A stretch of DNA of 64,000 bases, taken from positions 32,001-96,000 of IMG/VR virus record IMGVR_UViG_3300037067_011302. One strand, 5' to 3'. The notes beneath the pieces were generated by a model, which was given only the letters and a program-made list of their open reading frames with translations, was not told where the DNA came from and searched no databases. This DNA is from a virus. Lineage: Duplodnaviria; Caudoviricetes. Shown piece after piece: positions 38,715 through 48,554 of this stretch. The position numbers were made by a program, and so were the translations under genes. How positions within the stretch are numbered: position 1 is the first letter of the stretch; every line of letters begins with the position of its first letter.

Positions 38715-40439
38715 TCACACCGCCTTCGTGAACGTCAGGTACGAGTCTGTGGTCGGTGCCTTCTTCGATGCCTTCCTTGCGAAGTGATCGTGCCTATTCT
38801 CAACGAGGACGTTCTCCGTCAGCTCGAACCCAACGCTCCGCGCCACCGCGATCGCAACCTCGTCGAGCGTCGTCGAGATGTTGATCACCATCTTTGCACC
38901 ACACTTCAACCCGTGGAACGCATTCTCAAACGTCTTCGTCAAGTACGAGTGCGTCCATGCCTCGAGCGTTGAGTAGTCGCGCCAACACTGGCCCGGCTCA
39001 TCGAAGTATTGCTCGAGGTCAAAGTAAGGAGGAGACGTGAAGACGAAGTCAAGGGATTCCTTTTCAGGGAGGAACTTCTCAGAACCAGTGTTGTGCAACT
39101 GCGTCCTGAATTCTGGGAGCAACGGTGCCAACAGCTCGCTCAGCCTACCTGCATCATCGTACATCGGCACTGCAGGATCTGTCCCAACGTAAGTTCCCGT
39201 CGGAAATGCCATCGCAAATCCTAGCAAACGCGCGGAGAACCCAATCGACGGATCCCAGACGACCGGACGCTCGATCCCCTTCAGGTGCTTTTCATACACC
39301 TCGCGAGCAATGCTGGGCTTGAACCACGACACCGCGTTACGCTGGACGACGAACCCTCGCCTGACGTTCTTCAAGTTGATGTCAAACGTCTCCCTCGTCG
39401 TGATGCTCTCACCTGACGAAAGCACGTACGTGTAGGGCTTGCTGTTGTTCAGGCCGAGGCGATACATCAACACACGCATCAGGACCTTGTCGTCCTCAAA
39501 CGCCTGTGCCGGTCCGTGATCGACGTCCCAGAATGACCTGACGAACGACTTGAGCCAAATCGATGAACTGCGATCACTCTCATTTCCCTTCAGGATGGTC
39601 CTGAGAGCCTCGGAATCCCAGGATGGATAGAACCACCCATGGAAGGACACGTGAGCACGGAACAGCCTCTGAATGGCAGGAAGGAGCTCCTTCGTCCTCC
39701 ACTCTGGACCTGGACCGGTGAGGAGCTGTTCCCTGGAGTGGATGGGCATTTCCTCATCAATCGCGAACGCTGAACCCTTCACGACCTTCCCTCCGACGAT
39801 CGCAAAGTATGACGCCGCGATGAGGTCATTCAACGAACGTGCCGTGGACACGTCAGTTCCCTCCTTGATCCTAACAAGGGTGAGACGTTCGTCGACGACG
39901 AGGCGCGCCTTCTCTAGGTCACCGGCGAGGCTCGTGATCTGGTCGAGAGTGAATGAGTTTGACCTGTCGAGACCGTGCCAGTATGATCCATCGTACTCGA
40001 CGATCGCAGAACAGGATGGAATCCACGCGTCGGCGCACCACGGACTAGAACAGTTGATCCACATTGCTCTGACGACGTCAGGAAACGACTTTGCGAGCGC
40101 AGCGATCATCGAGTCAGGCGAGGCATCGCGGTCGGACTCTGGCGGTGCGAACGACGGAACGAACTCCTTCACGAGATTCGGCACAGGCATGCGTGAAGAA
40201 TTGTGACCGTTCACGTAGTCATTGAAGCGATAGTGGACCACGTGCCACGACACCTCCTTGCCACACCCACAGGCACAGGTCGGAACTCGTCCGCACAGTA
40301 GGTGCTTGAGCGTGTAGCCACGTAGTCCGCCGAGGTCACGGTGTACGCGGTTGACGTGGTTGCCGAGCGAGCGCCGGTTCTTGCACGTCTTATTGCACTC
40401 GAGGCAAACCTGTGGATCGTTGGTGACTTCAATTCCCAT
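38715..40439 (-). CDS. Amino (N6A/N4C) DNA methyltransferase fused to a zinc-finger and DUF559-like N-terminus
   Basis: VWDPSIGFSARLLG (motif I-like), DFVFTSPPYFD (motif IV); N-terminal CLEC..H...H, PTCACGCG, IVEYDGSYWHG. Confidence 0.85.
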   Translation of the reverse strand: MGIEVTNDPQVCLECNKTCKNRRSLGNHVNRVHRDLGGLRGYTLKHLLCGRVPTCACGCGKEVSWHVVHYRFNDYVNGHNSSRMPVPNLVKEFVPSFAPPESDRDASPDSMIAALAKSFPDVVRAMWINCSSPWCADAWIPSCSAIVEYDGSYWHGLDRSNSFTLDQITSLAGDLEKARLVVDERLTLVRIKEGTDVSTARSLNDLIAASYFAIVGGKVVKGSAFAIDEEMPIHSREQLLTGPGPEWRTKELLPAIQRLFRAHVSFHGWFYPSWDSEALRTILKGNESDRSSSIWLKSFVRSFWDVDHGPAQAFEDDKVLMRVLMYRLGLNNSKPYTYVLSSGESITTRETFDINLKNVRRGFVVQRNAVSWFKPSIAREVYEKHLKGIERPVVWDPSIGFSARLLGFAMAFPTGTYVGTDPAVPMYDDAGRLSELLAPLLPEFRTQLHNTGSEKFLPEKESLDFVFTSPPYFDLEQYFDEPGQCWRDYSTLEAWTHSYLTKTFENAFHGLKCGAKMVINISTTLDEVAIAVARSVGFELTENVLVENRHDHFARKASKKAPTTDSYLTFTKAV

Positions 40440-40477
40440 GTGATTTCTTCTTATCTTAACACATTGTGGTGATATTG

Positions 40478-41446
40478 CTAGACGATTGAGAACCAGGTGC
40501 TGTCGGAGACACACGCATTCGTCGAATCTAGGACGACGAATGAAGCGCCGAGGTTTGAACAGTGGACCTGCGCAAAGGAAAATTTCACCGCGTCGATCGG
40601 CGTCATCATTCCCTTCACCTCGATCACTGTCTTACCCGAGAGTGTGACGAAGTCCGGAACGTAGCGATGGTGCTTGCCTTCAAAGTCATCGTACGGAATG
40701 AAGATCGTCTTGTTTCTGGTGATAGGAATGTTGCGACGGATCGCCTCCTCGAGGACAATCCTTTCCCATCCGCTGTCAAGGTGTTCGTCGACGCCAGTGA
40801 AGGGATTGAACATCCAGGAGCGCTTGGTACGATTGGGCGCGATGATGCCGAGTGCTTGGTTACGTGAGGCACGGATCGACAACATTTCACGGGACTCGTC
40901 GTTGTCGAGAGCAGCCTTCGTCGCGACGGAGACTTTGTCCCTGAATTCTTGAGAACGCATCGTCTCGCGGTACTGATCACCCTTCACTTGCCAACGCTCC
41001 TTGGCTGCATCAGAGACTGCTTTCCGGAAGTGCTCAGACTCATAGACGCCCGCCGCTCGACGAGCAGCAGTGAACATCTCACCACGTTCTTTTTTCTTCT
41101 CGTCGCCAGCGTTGTCCCAATATCTCTTGAGCGCTTCACTGTTCTTCTGACGCTTTTCGGGATCATGAGCCGCGGCGGTGCCAGCAGCGATCATCTGAGC
41201 ACGAATTTCGGGAACACGGTTCGCGTGACCTCTTATGAATCGCCTGAATGACTTAGTCAATTTATGCCAACTGACTTCTTCGCCACATCCACATTCACAT
41301 GTTGGAATGATGCCGTTGTACTTCATGAGGACATCATAGTCACGACGACCGTGCTTGTGAATTCGACCCGAGTGTCGAACGACAGAAGACTCTGACGCAA
41401 ATTGTTGATCACACCAAGGACACTTGAACATGAAATGAACATACAA
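40478..41446 (-). CDS. Zinc-finger homing-type endonuclease with TnsA-like PD-(D/E)xK domain; likely start 41431
   Basis: CPWC..H...H, PTCECGCG, NUMOD3-like helical stretch, DSGWE, RYVPDF..IEVKG. Confidence 0.8.
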   Translation of the reverse strand: MYVHFMFKCPWCDQQFASESSVVRHSGRIHKHGRRDYDVLMKYNGIIPTCECGCGEEVSWHKLTKSFRRFIRGHANRVPEIRAQMIAAGTAAAHDPEKRQKNSEALKRYWDNAGDEKKKERGEMFTAARRAAGVYESEHFRKAVSDAAKERWQVKGDQYRETMRSQEFRDKVSVATKAALDNDESREMLSIRASRNQALGIIAPNRTKRSWMFNPFTGVDEHLDSGWERIVLEEAIRRNIPITRNKTIFIPYDDFEGKHHRYVPDFVTLSGKTVIEVKGMMTPIDAVKFSFAQVHCSNLGASFVVLDSTNACVSDSTWFSIV

Positions 41447-41480
41447 TGACCTGTGTTCCCGTTCAAGCGTCAGAACAAGT

Positions 41481-41581
41481 AGGAATTAAATCTTTGTTCA
41501 AGGAGCTAAATCTTGAAGCTTTTAGGAGTTAAATCTCACAATTTGAGGAACTAAGTCTTGAGTTCAAGGTATTAAGTCTTG
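41481..41581. repeat. Five-copy micro-array of AGGWRYTAARTCTTG-like 15-mer
   Basis: Copies start at 41481, 41501, 41524, 41546 and 41567 (period 20-23 bp). Confidence 0.85.
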
Positions 41582-41640
41582 AGACGTTGAACTCGAAATA
41601 ACGTCAACAACACAATGAACCATCTTCTGAACGCAAATGC

Positions 41641-41670
41641 AAAAAGGGTCCCGGTTTTCCAGGACCCTTC
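41641..41670 (-). terminator. Rho-independent terminator after the MCP gene
   Basis: AAGGGTCC..GGACCCTT stem followed by a T-run on the minus strand. Confidence 0.85.
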
Positions 41671-41697
41671 TGCTGCCACCTAACTAGTTGAAACTAA

Positions 41698-43599
41698 TCA
41701 GATGATGTTCATGTCCAGCACGGTCACGGTACCGTAGAAGTCCGAACGAACCATCTTCTTCCCGTACCGCGTCATCACGCCCTTTCGCGGCGTGAAGTCT
41801 TCAGGAGCGAAGATCGTCGGCGTGACTATCATCGGGACGTACGGAGAGTACACATAACCGCACTCGAGGTAAGAACCACCCTTGTAGCCGACGAGAATCT
41901 TGTTCTTCGGGAAGTATGGATCCTTGTAGACAGTGAAGCGGTTCGACACCGTACCGATCGCCTCGGCACCGATGGTGAATGGACTTCCGACCTGTCCCTC
42001 ACCGTCCATCGTGTACTTCGGCTTGTAGAGCACCGAGCTCTCCAGGATCGTGCAAACGTCGGGTCCGGTGACCATGAAGTTCGCGCTTCCGCGGAGGGTC
42101 TTGCGGTGAATGGTGTTGGCCACATCGATCACGGTCTCGATGAGGGTCTCGTACCACTCGCGCACGGTGCCGGTGAACTGCGGTCCGATGGACAGGGACG
42201 TCGACAGCGTCTGAGGCTGACCGGTCGTCTTGTTCACGAACCTACCAGGAGCGCGCGACCAGAAGTAGTTGGCGCCGTTCGCCTGAGTGACCAGATCGTT
42301 CAAGATCTCGCGGTCGATCTCGAGGGCGATCTGCTCGGACAGGATGGACGTCAGCTCGACCTCGGCATCCAGCGAGTGGTATGCATTGAGGTCCTGTGCG
42401 AGTTCCGGTGACCAACGAGCGCGCAGCTTGCGGGTCGTTGCGGTGATGGCGATCGACTCGATCTTGATGTCAATCTCAGGAATCGCCGGCGTCGGTGAGG
42501 CACCGAAGTCCGACTCGAACGAAGGCACGGTGACGGTGGCACCAGTGGAGGTGTCAACTGACAGTCCAGCGTTGATTGCACATGAGGCCTTCTGGGTCGC
42601 GGTCGTCATGGTGGGAATCGAGCCGCCGTTCGACAGCTTGATGACCATCTGCACGTGAGTTCCGTTCATGGCATCGGGAGTGAACACGCCCGTGGACGAG
42701 GACCAGTTACCACGACGATTCAGCCTGCGAAGGTTGAACGCGCCGTAGCCGGATTGGTAGGACTGTCCCCACGCAACCGCGCCAACGTCACCCTGGAAAC
42801 CAAACAGCGCGATCTGGTCGATTGCCGTGAGGTCAATCTTCGGGAGCACCGATTGTAGTGCAGCAACGGTGAAGTGGACGAACGTCACGTCCAGGTCATT
42901 GTTGGTCACCGCGTTCTCAACGTCGGGATCGTACTGCAGCTGCCTGATGTTCGTTCCCGTCAGGTCAGTGGAAGCCTTGATGATTCCGGAGGCCGCCCAA
43001 GCGTCAGCCGCACCGGTCCAAGCGCCGATGTCCAGGCCAGAGCCGGACAACGACAGAGTTCCGGAGTGAACCTTGCTGTAGCCGCTGCCGACGAGGTCAT
43101 ACATGCCGCCCGTGGCGAGAGAGCCCGATTGGATGCCCTTTGCCGTTGGGTTGGCATAGATGCTCTGCCCACGCTGATAGGTCTCATACGTTGCAGAATT
43201 GGACAGCGAAGAGCCAGCGTCGCCGCCGACGTTGCTACCGTAGGTATAGTCGAGATAGAAGATCAGTCCGGATGGGAGCGACATGGGCTGAATGGAAACC
43301 AGCTCATTCGCGACCAGTCCACCGAACACCTTGCGGACGATCGGGAAGGCAACGTTCGAGAAGCCCTGGATCTGCCCGCTGGAGGTCACAGTTCCGCCGC
43401 CGGTCGAGATTGCATTCGACTCGCGGAGGCACTGGGCCGCCTGGTTCTCGAGCAGCTGTGCCATCGTCTCGCGCTTGAAGCCGTCGAGTCCGCGGAGCAA
43501 TCCTGTCCTGCTCCACTTCTCGATGAGTCGGCTGCGCTCGGCACCGATGTTCCGGTCCTTGAGCCCGGACGTCAAAAATTCGTGTGTAATGTGTTTCAT
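41698..43599 (-). CDS. Major capsid protein (T4 gp23-like)
   Basis: KWSRTGLL, LLENQA, VSIQPMSLPSGLIFY, RKLRARWSPELAQDLNAYH, EIDREIL, FTPRKGVMTRY. Confidence 0.97.
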   Translation of the reverse strand: MKHITHEFLTSGLKDRNIGAERSRLIEKWSRTGLLRGLDGFKRETMAQLLENQAAQCLRESNAISTGGGTVTSSGQIQGFSNVAFPIVRKVFGGLVANELVSIQPMSLPSGLIFYLDYTYGSNVGGDAGSSLSNSATYETYQRGQSIYANPTAKGIQSGSLATGGMYDLVGSGYSKVHSGTLSLSGSGLDIGAWTGAADAWAASGIIKASTDLTGTNIRQLQYDPDVENAVTNNDLDVTFVHFTVAALQSVLPKIDLTAIDQIALFGFQGDVGAVAWGQSYQSGYGAFNLRRLNRRGNWSSSTGVFTPDAMNGTHVQMVIKLSNGGSIPTMTTATQKASCAINAGLSVDTSTGATVTVPSFESDFGASPTPAIPEIDIKIESIAITATTRKLRARWSPELAQDLNAYHSLDAEVELTSILSEQIALEIDREILNDLVTQANGANYFWSRAPGRFVNKTTGQPQTLSTSLSIGPQFTGTVREWYETLIETVIDVANTIHRKTLRGSANFMVTGPDVCTILESSVLYKPKYTMDGEGQVGSPFTIGAEAIGTVSNRFTVYKDPYFPKNKILVGYKGGSYLECGYVYSPYVPMIVTPTIFAPEDFTPRKGVMTRYGKKMVRSDFYGTVTVLDMNII

Positions 43600-43651
43600 G
43601 ATTTGAATCTTTCTTTATCAGATGAGAGACTTGAACCTTTTCTTCCCGCCT

Positions 43652-45352
43652 TCACTTCGTCAGTCCGGCGAGCTTTCCCCAACGCTCGATGTCAGAACAC
43701 TCCGTCATGGGTGCTGACCCCTGGCGCTCGACTCGCGAAGAAGAACCGAGCACTCTTCGCTCGTTCGACTCGTTGACTCGATTGCCCCCGTCCTCGGCAG
43801 CGACCTCCATGGCCCTTGCGTAGACGGCCTTCGCCTCGCGGATCGTCTTTGAGGCTTCGAGCCGCTTGACGACCTGAGACTTCTGACGCTGCGAGAGTCC
43901 TTCAGTTTGGAGGACCTTATTTGCATACGTCAGCCTTGCGTTGACCAGATTCGTGTCTGCCAACCTACTGCGGAGGTCTTGTAGCGCGACGTTCTCCGCC
44001 TGTCGCGGTCGTCCCTCATTCATGGGGGACCTGTTTGTCTGCCCAAGCAGACGGTCACGGAGCCTGTTGTAGCGCTCACGTAGGAATGATTGCTTTCGCG
44101 TGTCACCGGAGCGAGCGGCTTCCATCGCTGCGTGGCGAACTGCCTTCATGCGACGACGAATGCCTTCCTTCATCGACGAATGACCATCAGCCACGTCAGT
44201 TCCCTGCTCTTCGCCCTTGCGACGATTCTGCAACTCGTCGAGACCTTCCTCGGCCTCGCCGACGAGTTCCTCTTCACCCTCGTCGTCCTCTTCACAGATG
44301 CCCTCGGCACCGCACTTCTTGCCACCGCCGAAGTCCTTGACGCCCTTCTTGGCATCACCGGTCTTTGCTGGCTTGACAATTCCTGGCTTTGCCTCTTCGT
44401 TGATCCTGCGAGTTCGCATGCGGGCGACCTCACGGGCGAGCATTCGCTCATCAATCTCAACGATCACATCGTCGCCGAGGCGCTTGGACTCGAACTTCTC
44501 AGGTTCCTCTTCGTCCTCACCAGCGGCGCCACCTTCAGGAGCCTCATCAGGAGTCACGTCAAAGTCGAGCTCTTCACCGCCCTCATCGCCCTCAGCATCA
44601 GGACTGGGCTCAACAGCAACGTCACCCTCTTCACCTTCCTCGTCAGAGACGAGGTTGGCGCCGATGCCGTCGAGGTCGAGGTCGTCCGGAAGACCAGTCA
44701 ATTCGAGAGTAATTGTCTTTGCTTCTTTCACCGGCTTCTTCATTTTCATTGACTCCTGCAGCTCATTCAGAGCGCTAAAACACGATTCCAACCTTTTCTC
44801 CAGCGCACCCTTTGATTCACGAACGATCTTGAGTGCCTGCACTTGCTCGTAAGTATCCTCTACGTGTGCAACTAATCGTTCGATTTGTTTGTTCGCTTCG
44901 ACGAACCTAATTCGACCCGCCGCAACGTCGCCGCTCAGGCGGTCAACCTCATACTGCGCATTCCTCACGAGTGCCTCAACACGAGGTGCACGGGCGAGCG
45001 GCGCCAACTTCTCAGCGGAAGAAGAAGTGAGCTCGTACTCATCGTCAGTCTCCGGCTCAACGTCTACGCCTGGAGCATCATCAAGCAACGAGGCCATTCC
45101 ACCCGGTTGCTCCTTTTCGCTCTCTTCACTATCCTTCGCTGATGCCAGTTCGTCCGTCAACAGTTCCTTGCCGTCGAGCTCATCATCGAGGTCAGAGTCT
45201 TCTTTCTCTTCCTCGCCCATCAGTTGGCTCTCAATCAGCTCACGGATCCTCGGCGTGACGACGTCCAGGATTGCCCTCTGTGCGTTCGCCTCGGCGAGCT
45301 CCTTGACTTTCCTCACGTCAGCCAGCGCTTCGTCGTATAGTTGTTTCGACAT
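43652..45352 (-). CDS. Prohead scaffold/core protein
   Basis: Acidic coiled-coil gene directly upstream of MCP; NLVNARLTYANKV, ends RWGKLAGL; start MSKQLY. Confidence 0.8.
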   Translation of the reverse strand: MSKQLYDEALADVRKVKELAEANAQRAILDVVTPRIRELIESQLMGEEEKEDSDLDDELDGKELLTDELASAKDSEESEKEQPGGMASLLDDAPGVDVEPETDDEYELTSSSAEKLAPLARAPRVEALVRNAQYEVDRLSGDVAAGRIRFVEANKQIERLVAHVEDTYEQVQALKIVRESKGALEKRLESCFSALNELQESMKMKKPVKEAKTITLELTGLPDDLDLDGIGANLVSDEEGEEGDVAVEPSPDAEGDEGGEELDFDVTPDEAPEGGAAGEDEEEPEKFESKRLGDDVIVEIDERMLAREVARMRTRRINEEAKPGIVKPAKTGDAKKGVKDFGGGKKCGAEGICEEDDEGEEELVGEAEEGLDELQNRRKGEEQGTDVADGHSSMKEGIRRRMKAVRHAAMEAARSGDTRKQSFLRERYNRLRDRLLGQTNRSPMNEGRPRQAENVALQDLRSRLADTNLVNARLTYANKVLQTEGLSQRQKSQVVKRLEASKTIREAKAVYARAMEVAAEDGGNRVNESNERRVLGSSSRVERQGSAPMTECSDIERWGKLAGLTK

Positions 45353-45387
45353 TCGTTTCTCCGTGATCACTAAGTATGCGGTGCTCG

Positions 45388-45855
45388 TCAGACGTTCGCG
45401 CCCGAATCACCCTTGACCATGTCTTTGCCGAGAACGACGTGTGCGTCCACCTTCGAGCTCGTCTCGAGCGGAAACTTCGTTCCATTCGTGCCAACAACGT
45501 AGTTCGGCTTGATGTCCTCAGGTTTGATGTCCGGATCATCGAGCTTTCCATCGTCATTCGGCCCAGGAGACCTGATGTCAGGAACGTATGCGTTCGCCGG
45601 ATCATTCTCCTTCGTCCACTTAACGTCCTTCATTTCTGGAGCGTCAGAAAAGTCCAACTTGACCTCGCCGACCGACTTCAGATCTCCCTGTTGTAGATCA
45701 GGAATCAACAGGGCATTGCCCATGTTGACCGTCTGCTTCATCGCCTGTTGCTCTGTCATGCCCGCCGTCGGATGACCCTTGAACAACTTTCCCAGGAAGA
45801 TTCGTTTATCATCCTGTGGAGCTGCGTACTGCGTGTATTTTCCTTTGCCGGGCAT
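45388..45855 (-). CDS. Hypothetical head-module protein
   Basis: 155 aa, GGGAGG SD. Confidence 0.65.
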   Translation of the reverse strand: MPGKGKYTQYAAPQDDKRIFLGKLFKGHPTAGMTEQQAMKQTVNMGNALLIPDLQQGDLKSVGEVKLDFSDAPEMKDVKWTKENDPANAYVPDIRSPGPNDDGKLDDPDIKPEDIKPNYVVGTNGTKFPLETSSKVDAHVVLGKDMVKGDSGANV

Positions 45856-45868
45856 GTCTTCCTCCCAA

Positions 45869-46132
45869 TCAAACCTTCTTTGACGCCAACTTCTTCAGCA
45901 ACAGGCGCTTCTGCTCGCGTAGTGTCGCCAATCTCTTAGCGACCTTACGTTCTTCGATCTTCAACGCCTTGTACATGTCGATCTTCTTCTCAAGAGCATC
46001 GGCATACTCATCGGCGTCGACCTCTTCAGTGTCGGAGGCAGCATCCTCAGTGCTCTTCTCTGCGCCAAACTTCGCCGCTTCTTCCATCACGAGTCGCTTC
46101 AACATCTCATTCGTCAGCTTCACAGACTTCAT
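45869..46132 (-). CDS. Small prohead core-like protein with capsid-targeting-like leader
   Basis: VKLTNEMLKRLVMEE; TACTTA upstream. Confidence 0.65.
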   Translation of the reverse strand: MKSVKLTNEMLKRLVMEEAAKFGAEKSTEDAASDTEEVDADEYADALEKKIDMYKALKIEERKVAKRLATLREQKRLLLKKLASKKV

Positions 46133-46210
46133 AGTGTACCTACTCGTCAGGTAAGTATCGACTAATCATCACTTACGTTGTCAAACGCCATCAAGGCGGC
46201 AACGTGAGCG

Positions 46211-46618
46211 TCATGTGCCCAAAAGCTTTTTCTGTGGTGTGGCAAACGCTAGGTCTGCCCAACGAGACGAACCATCTCCAAACACCTCCTCAGGAGTTCC
46301 GTCAAAGTGCTCAAGGCCGGCGCCGGCGATGCCAGAAGAATCTCCCTTGATCATCTCGGGCAGCGTCGTTGCCGCAGTGTCAGCAAGAATCGCCTCCATG
46401 AGTGGGTTACCACCAGCGTTACGCTTGATGGCCTCTGCGACCTCTGGTGACGGTCCGGTGGGCCTCTGCTGCCTCATGCCAATAGTTCTCTGTTGCTTGG
46501 GTGACTCGCTCACCTGGGGACGGCGGTGTTCCGTCAACGCTCCAGACAAACCCTCGTCAAGGATCTCAACCAAGCACTCCTTCACAATCTTCTTCAAGTC
46601 ATCCCGCGACAGTTTCAT
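46211..46618 (-). CDS. Head-module protein with capsid-targeting-like leader
   Basis: MKLSRDDLKKIVKECLVEILDEG; GGAGG SD. Confidence 0.7.
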   Translation of the reverse strand: MKLSRDDLKKIVKECLVEILDEGLSGALTEHRRPQVSESPKQQRTIGMRQQRPTGPSPEVAEAIKRNAGGNPLMEAILADTAATTLPEMIKGDSSGIAGAGLEHFDGTPEEVFGDGSSRWADLAFATPQKKLLGT

Positions 46619-47117
46619 CACAACCTCCAAAAAACTTTCCGACCACGTCGATCGTCAGACCGTCGAGGTGATCCACCTCGTGCTGCACGATCCTCGCCGC
46701 CACTCCGTCGTACACGACGGTGGTTGGCGTTCCATCCAAACGAACATACTTCACGGTGCACGCCTCGCAACGTTCAACGTCGTACAGTCTGCCGGGCAAT
46801 GACAAGCATCCTTCTGAACGAACTGACCGCGCTCGAGAACGACCGACGATGATCGGATTGATCATCACGATGTTCTTTCTGTACGACACGATGATCACTC
46901 GCAACGATGAACCGACCTGGGGTGCGGCTATTCCTGCACCGTGCATTGAGCAGACGATGGAATTCATTTCGTCGACCAACAATCGAACGCCATCGTCAAT
47001 CGCGACAATCGGAACGCAAGTTGTGCTCAATATCGGATCTGGGACACGCCTCAACGATGCAACGACTGGAACAACGTATGCACACGACATACAAAAGAAT
47101 TCTAACTCACGCGTCAA
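46599..47117 (-). CDS. def: Peptide deformylase
   Basis: All three motifs: GAGIAAPQVG, EGCLSLPG, QHEVDHLDG. Confidence 0.93.
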   Translation of the reverse strand: MTRELEFFCMSCAYVVPVVASLRRVPDPILSTTCVPIVAIDDGVRLLVDEMNSIVCSMHGAGIAAPQVGSSLRVIIVSYRKNIVMINPIIVGRSRARSVRSEGCLSLPGRLYDVERCEACTVKYVRLDGTPTTVVYDGVAARIVQHEVDHLDGLTIDVVGKFFGGCDETVAG

Positions 47118-47488
47118 CCGATGCCAGAATAACCGTCAGAACCCGTCAGGATCGGTGCATATTTCACCGGAATACCTGAAAGACCCGCTAACACAGAGTA
47201 CTCAGCATTTGTGCCGCTGACGAACAATTGAGTGATGCGCAGTTCCTGATCCAACGTTGAGCCTGACGTCAACCTAAAGTAGTTCGTCAACAGTCCGTTC
47301 CTGCTGAACGCAATGCGCAGGTCGCCGGAGCTAGAGACATTTGTGACGACGAGCGTCTTTGACACGAACGGAAAGTCGTACCTGTCGATGATGTTTGCTC
47401 CCATGATCGACGACGTCACCCAGGGAACGCCTGGCACTTGGAGCTCTGACGCTAGGTTGTAGCCGGGAATCGGTGTGTTAAGTCCCAT
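47114..47488 (-). CDS. Hypothetical beta-rich virion protein
   Basis: QVPGVPWVTSS, FPFVSK; head module. Confidence 0.6.
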   Translation of the reverse strand: MGLNTPIPGYNLASELQVPGVPWVTSSIMGANIIDRYDFPFVSKTLVVTNVSSSGDLRIAFSRNGLLTNYFRLTSGSTLDQELRITQLFVSGTNAEYSVLAGLSGIPVKYAPILTGSDGYSGIG

Positions 47489-47501
47489 GGCATATGTAGG
47501 A

Positions 47502-48554
47502 TCATCGAGCGTTTAGAATCTCATTCATGATGCGATCGATCCTGTCGCTGCGGTTGAACACCCTACTCAGTTCCGCCGCCGTGATGACCCTTCCCTCTGG
47601 GAGCATGAACGCCTGAGCCGTCGATGGATCAGAAACGACGTCGAAGCAGATCAACTGAAAGTCATCCTGAACAACGAAGTAATCGCCTTGTTGCTTCGTC
47701 GAACCAACGCCCCGCGAGGAGATTCCGAGCTTGACGCCTGACTCGACGAGGCCCTTCAGGATCTGACCTGACGGAACCTTATCCAAGATCTCAATCGCGC
47801 CGCGGGCCTCATTTCCCTCCATCTTCACCTCGCGCACGATGTGAGAGACATTCTTGAGGTTGACGACGGACGTCTCCGGATGATCGCAGTTGCCCGTCCA
47901 ACAGACGTGACCATTCTGCTTCATTAGCCACGTTCCGTTCTTGACGGTCACACAATAGACCCTTCCATCGTAGTCGATGACGTCGACGCTCTCACGAGCA
48001 ACTCTCTGAAGACGTTCACTTGTGAACAGTTGAAAACTCGTCGAAGAGTTCTTCACTTCATCGAACAACGCACTAGACTTAATCTTTTTTGGTCGTCCGC
48101 ACAAGTCAGTGATCAAGATGTTGTGGTTTGGCGTCAGACACACGTCATGTGCACGTGAAACACGAATTCTGTGCATCGGTCCACGATACCTACGATCGAT
48201 CTTCCTATCGATTCGTTGAAATTCAAGTTCATTGTTCTCAACGTTCAATGTCGCAATGACTTCATCGTTGGCAATGTCCTTGATTGACTTCCAACCATTC
48301 ACCGTGTAAATTTCAGTCTCAGGTGGAACGCATTCACCCAAGCTCCTGTTTTCATTGATGAATTTCTGGTAGTTTCTGATCTCACGCTCGAGAATCGCCT
48401 TCGGGTAAATTCTACCGTTCTGGTTCAGAGCATCCGCCTTCTGCATCAGGCCGCGCAGGATGATCCTTCCGTCGTTCTTCTCGTACGATTCCTTGATCAT
48501 CTCGGGCGTGTACTCGAGCGGTTGAAACGAACTGATGAGTCTAAGTTCAGACAT
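47502..48554 (-). CDS. Prohead protease (T4 gp21-like) containing a mini-intein
   Basis: NQNGRIYP, LGE|intein|CDHP, LGISSRGVGS, FDVVSDPS. Confidence 0.93.
   Translation of the reverse strand: MSELRLISSFQPLEYTPEMIKESYEKNDGRIILRGLMQKADALNQNGRIYPKAILEREIRNYQKFINENRSLGECVPPETEIYTVNGWKSIKDIANDEVIATLNVENNELEFQRIDRKIDRRYRGPMHRIRVSRAHDVCLTPNHNILITDLCGRPKKIKSSALFDEVKNSSTSFQLFTSERLQRVARESVDVIDYDGRVYCVTVKNGTWLMKQNGHVCWTGNCDHPETSVVNLKNVSHIVREVKMEGNEARGAIEILDKVPSGQILKGLVESGVKLGISSRGVGSTKQQGDYFVVQDDFQLICFDVVSDPSTAQAFMLPEGRVITAAELSRVFNRSDRIDRIMNEILNAR
47889..48332 (-). mobile_element. 148-aa mini-intein without endonuclease
   Basis: CVPPETEI...LTPNH...VYCVTV.NG...WTGN|C. Confidence 0.9.

Noticed and set aside
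41481-41581. Mini-CRISPR array
   Set aside because: Units are 15 bp and degenerate with 5-8 nt spacers, far too short; no cas genes in the window.
42874-44852. Long plus-strand ORFs antisense to MCP and scaffold (also 16295..17122, 21958..22614)
   Set aside because: Shadow frames of genes with biased codon usage; no motifs or start signals.
48073-48087. Extra copy of the 15-bp motif in the protease intein
   Set aside because: Four mismatches and solitary; compatible with chance.
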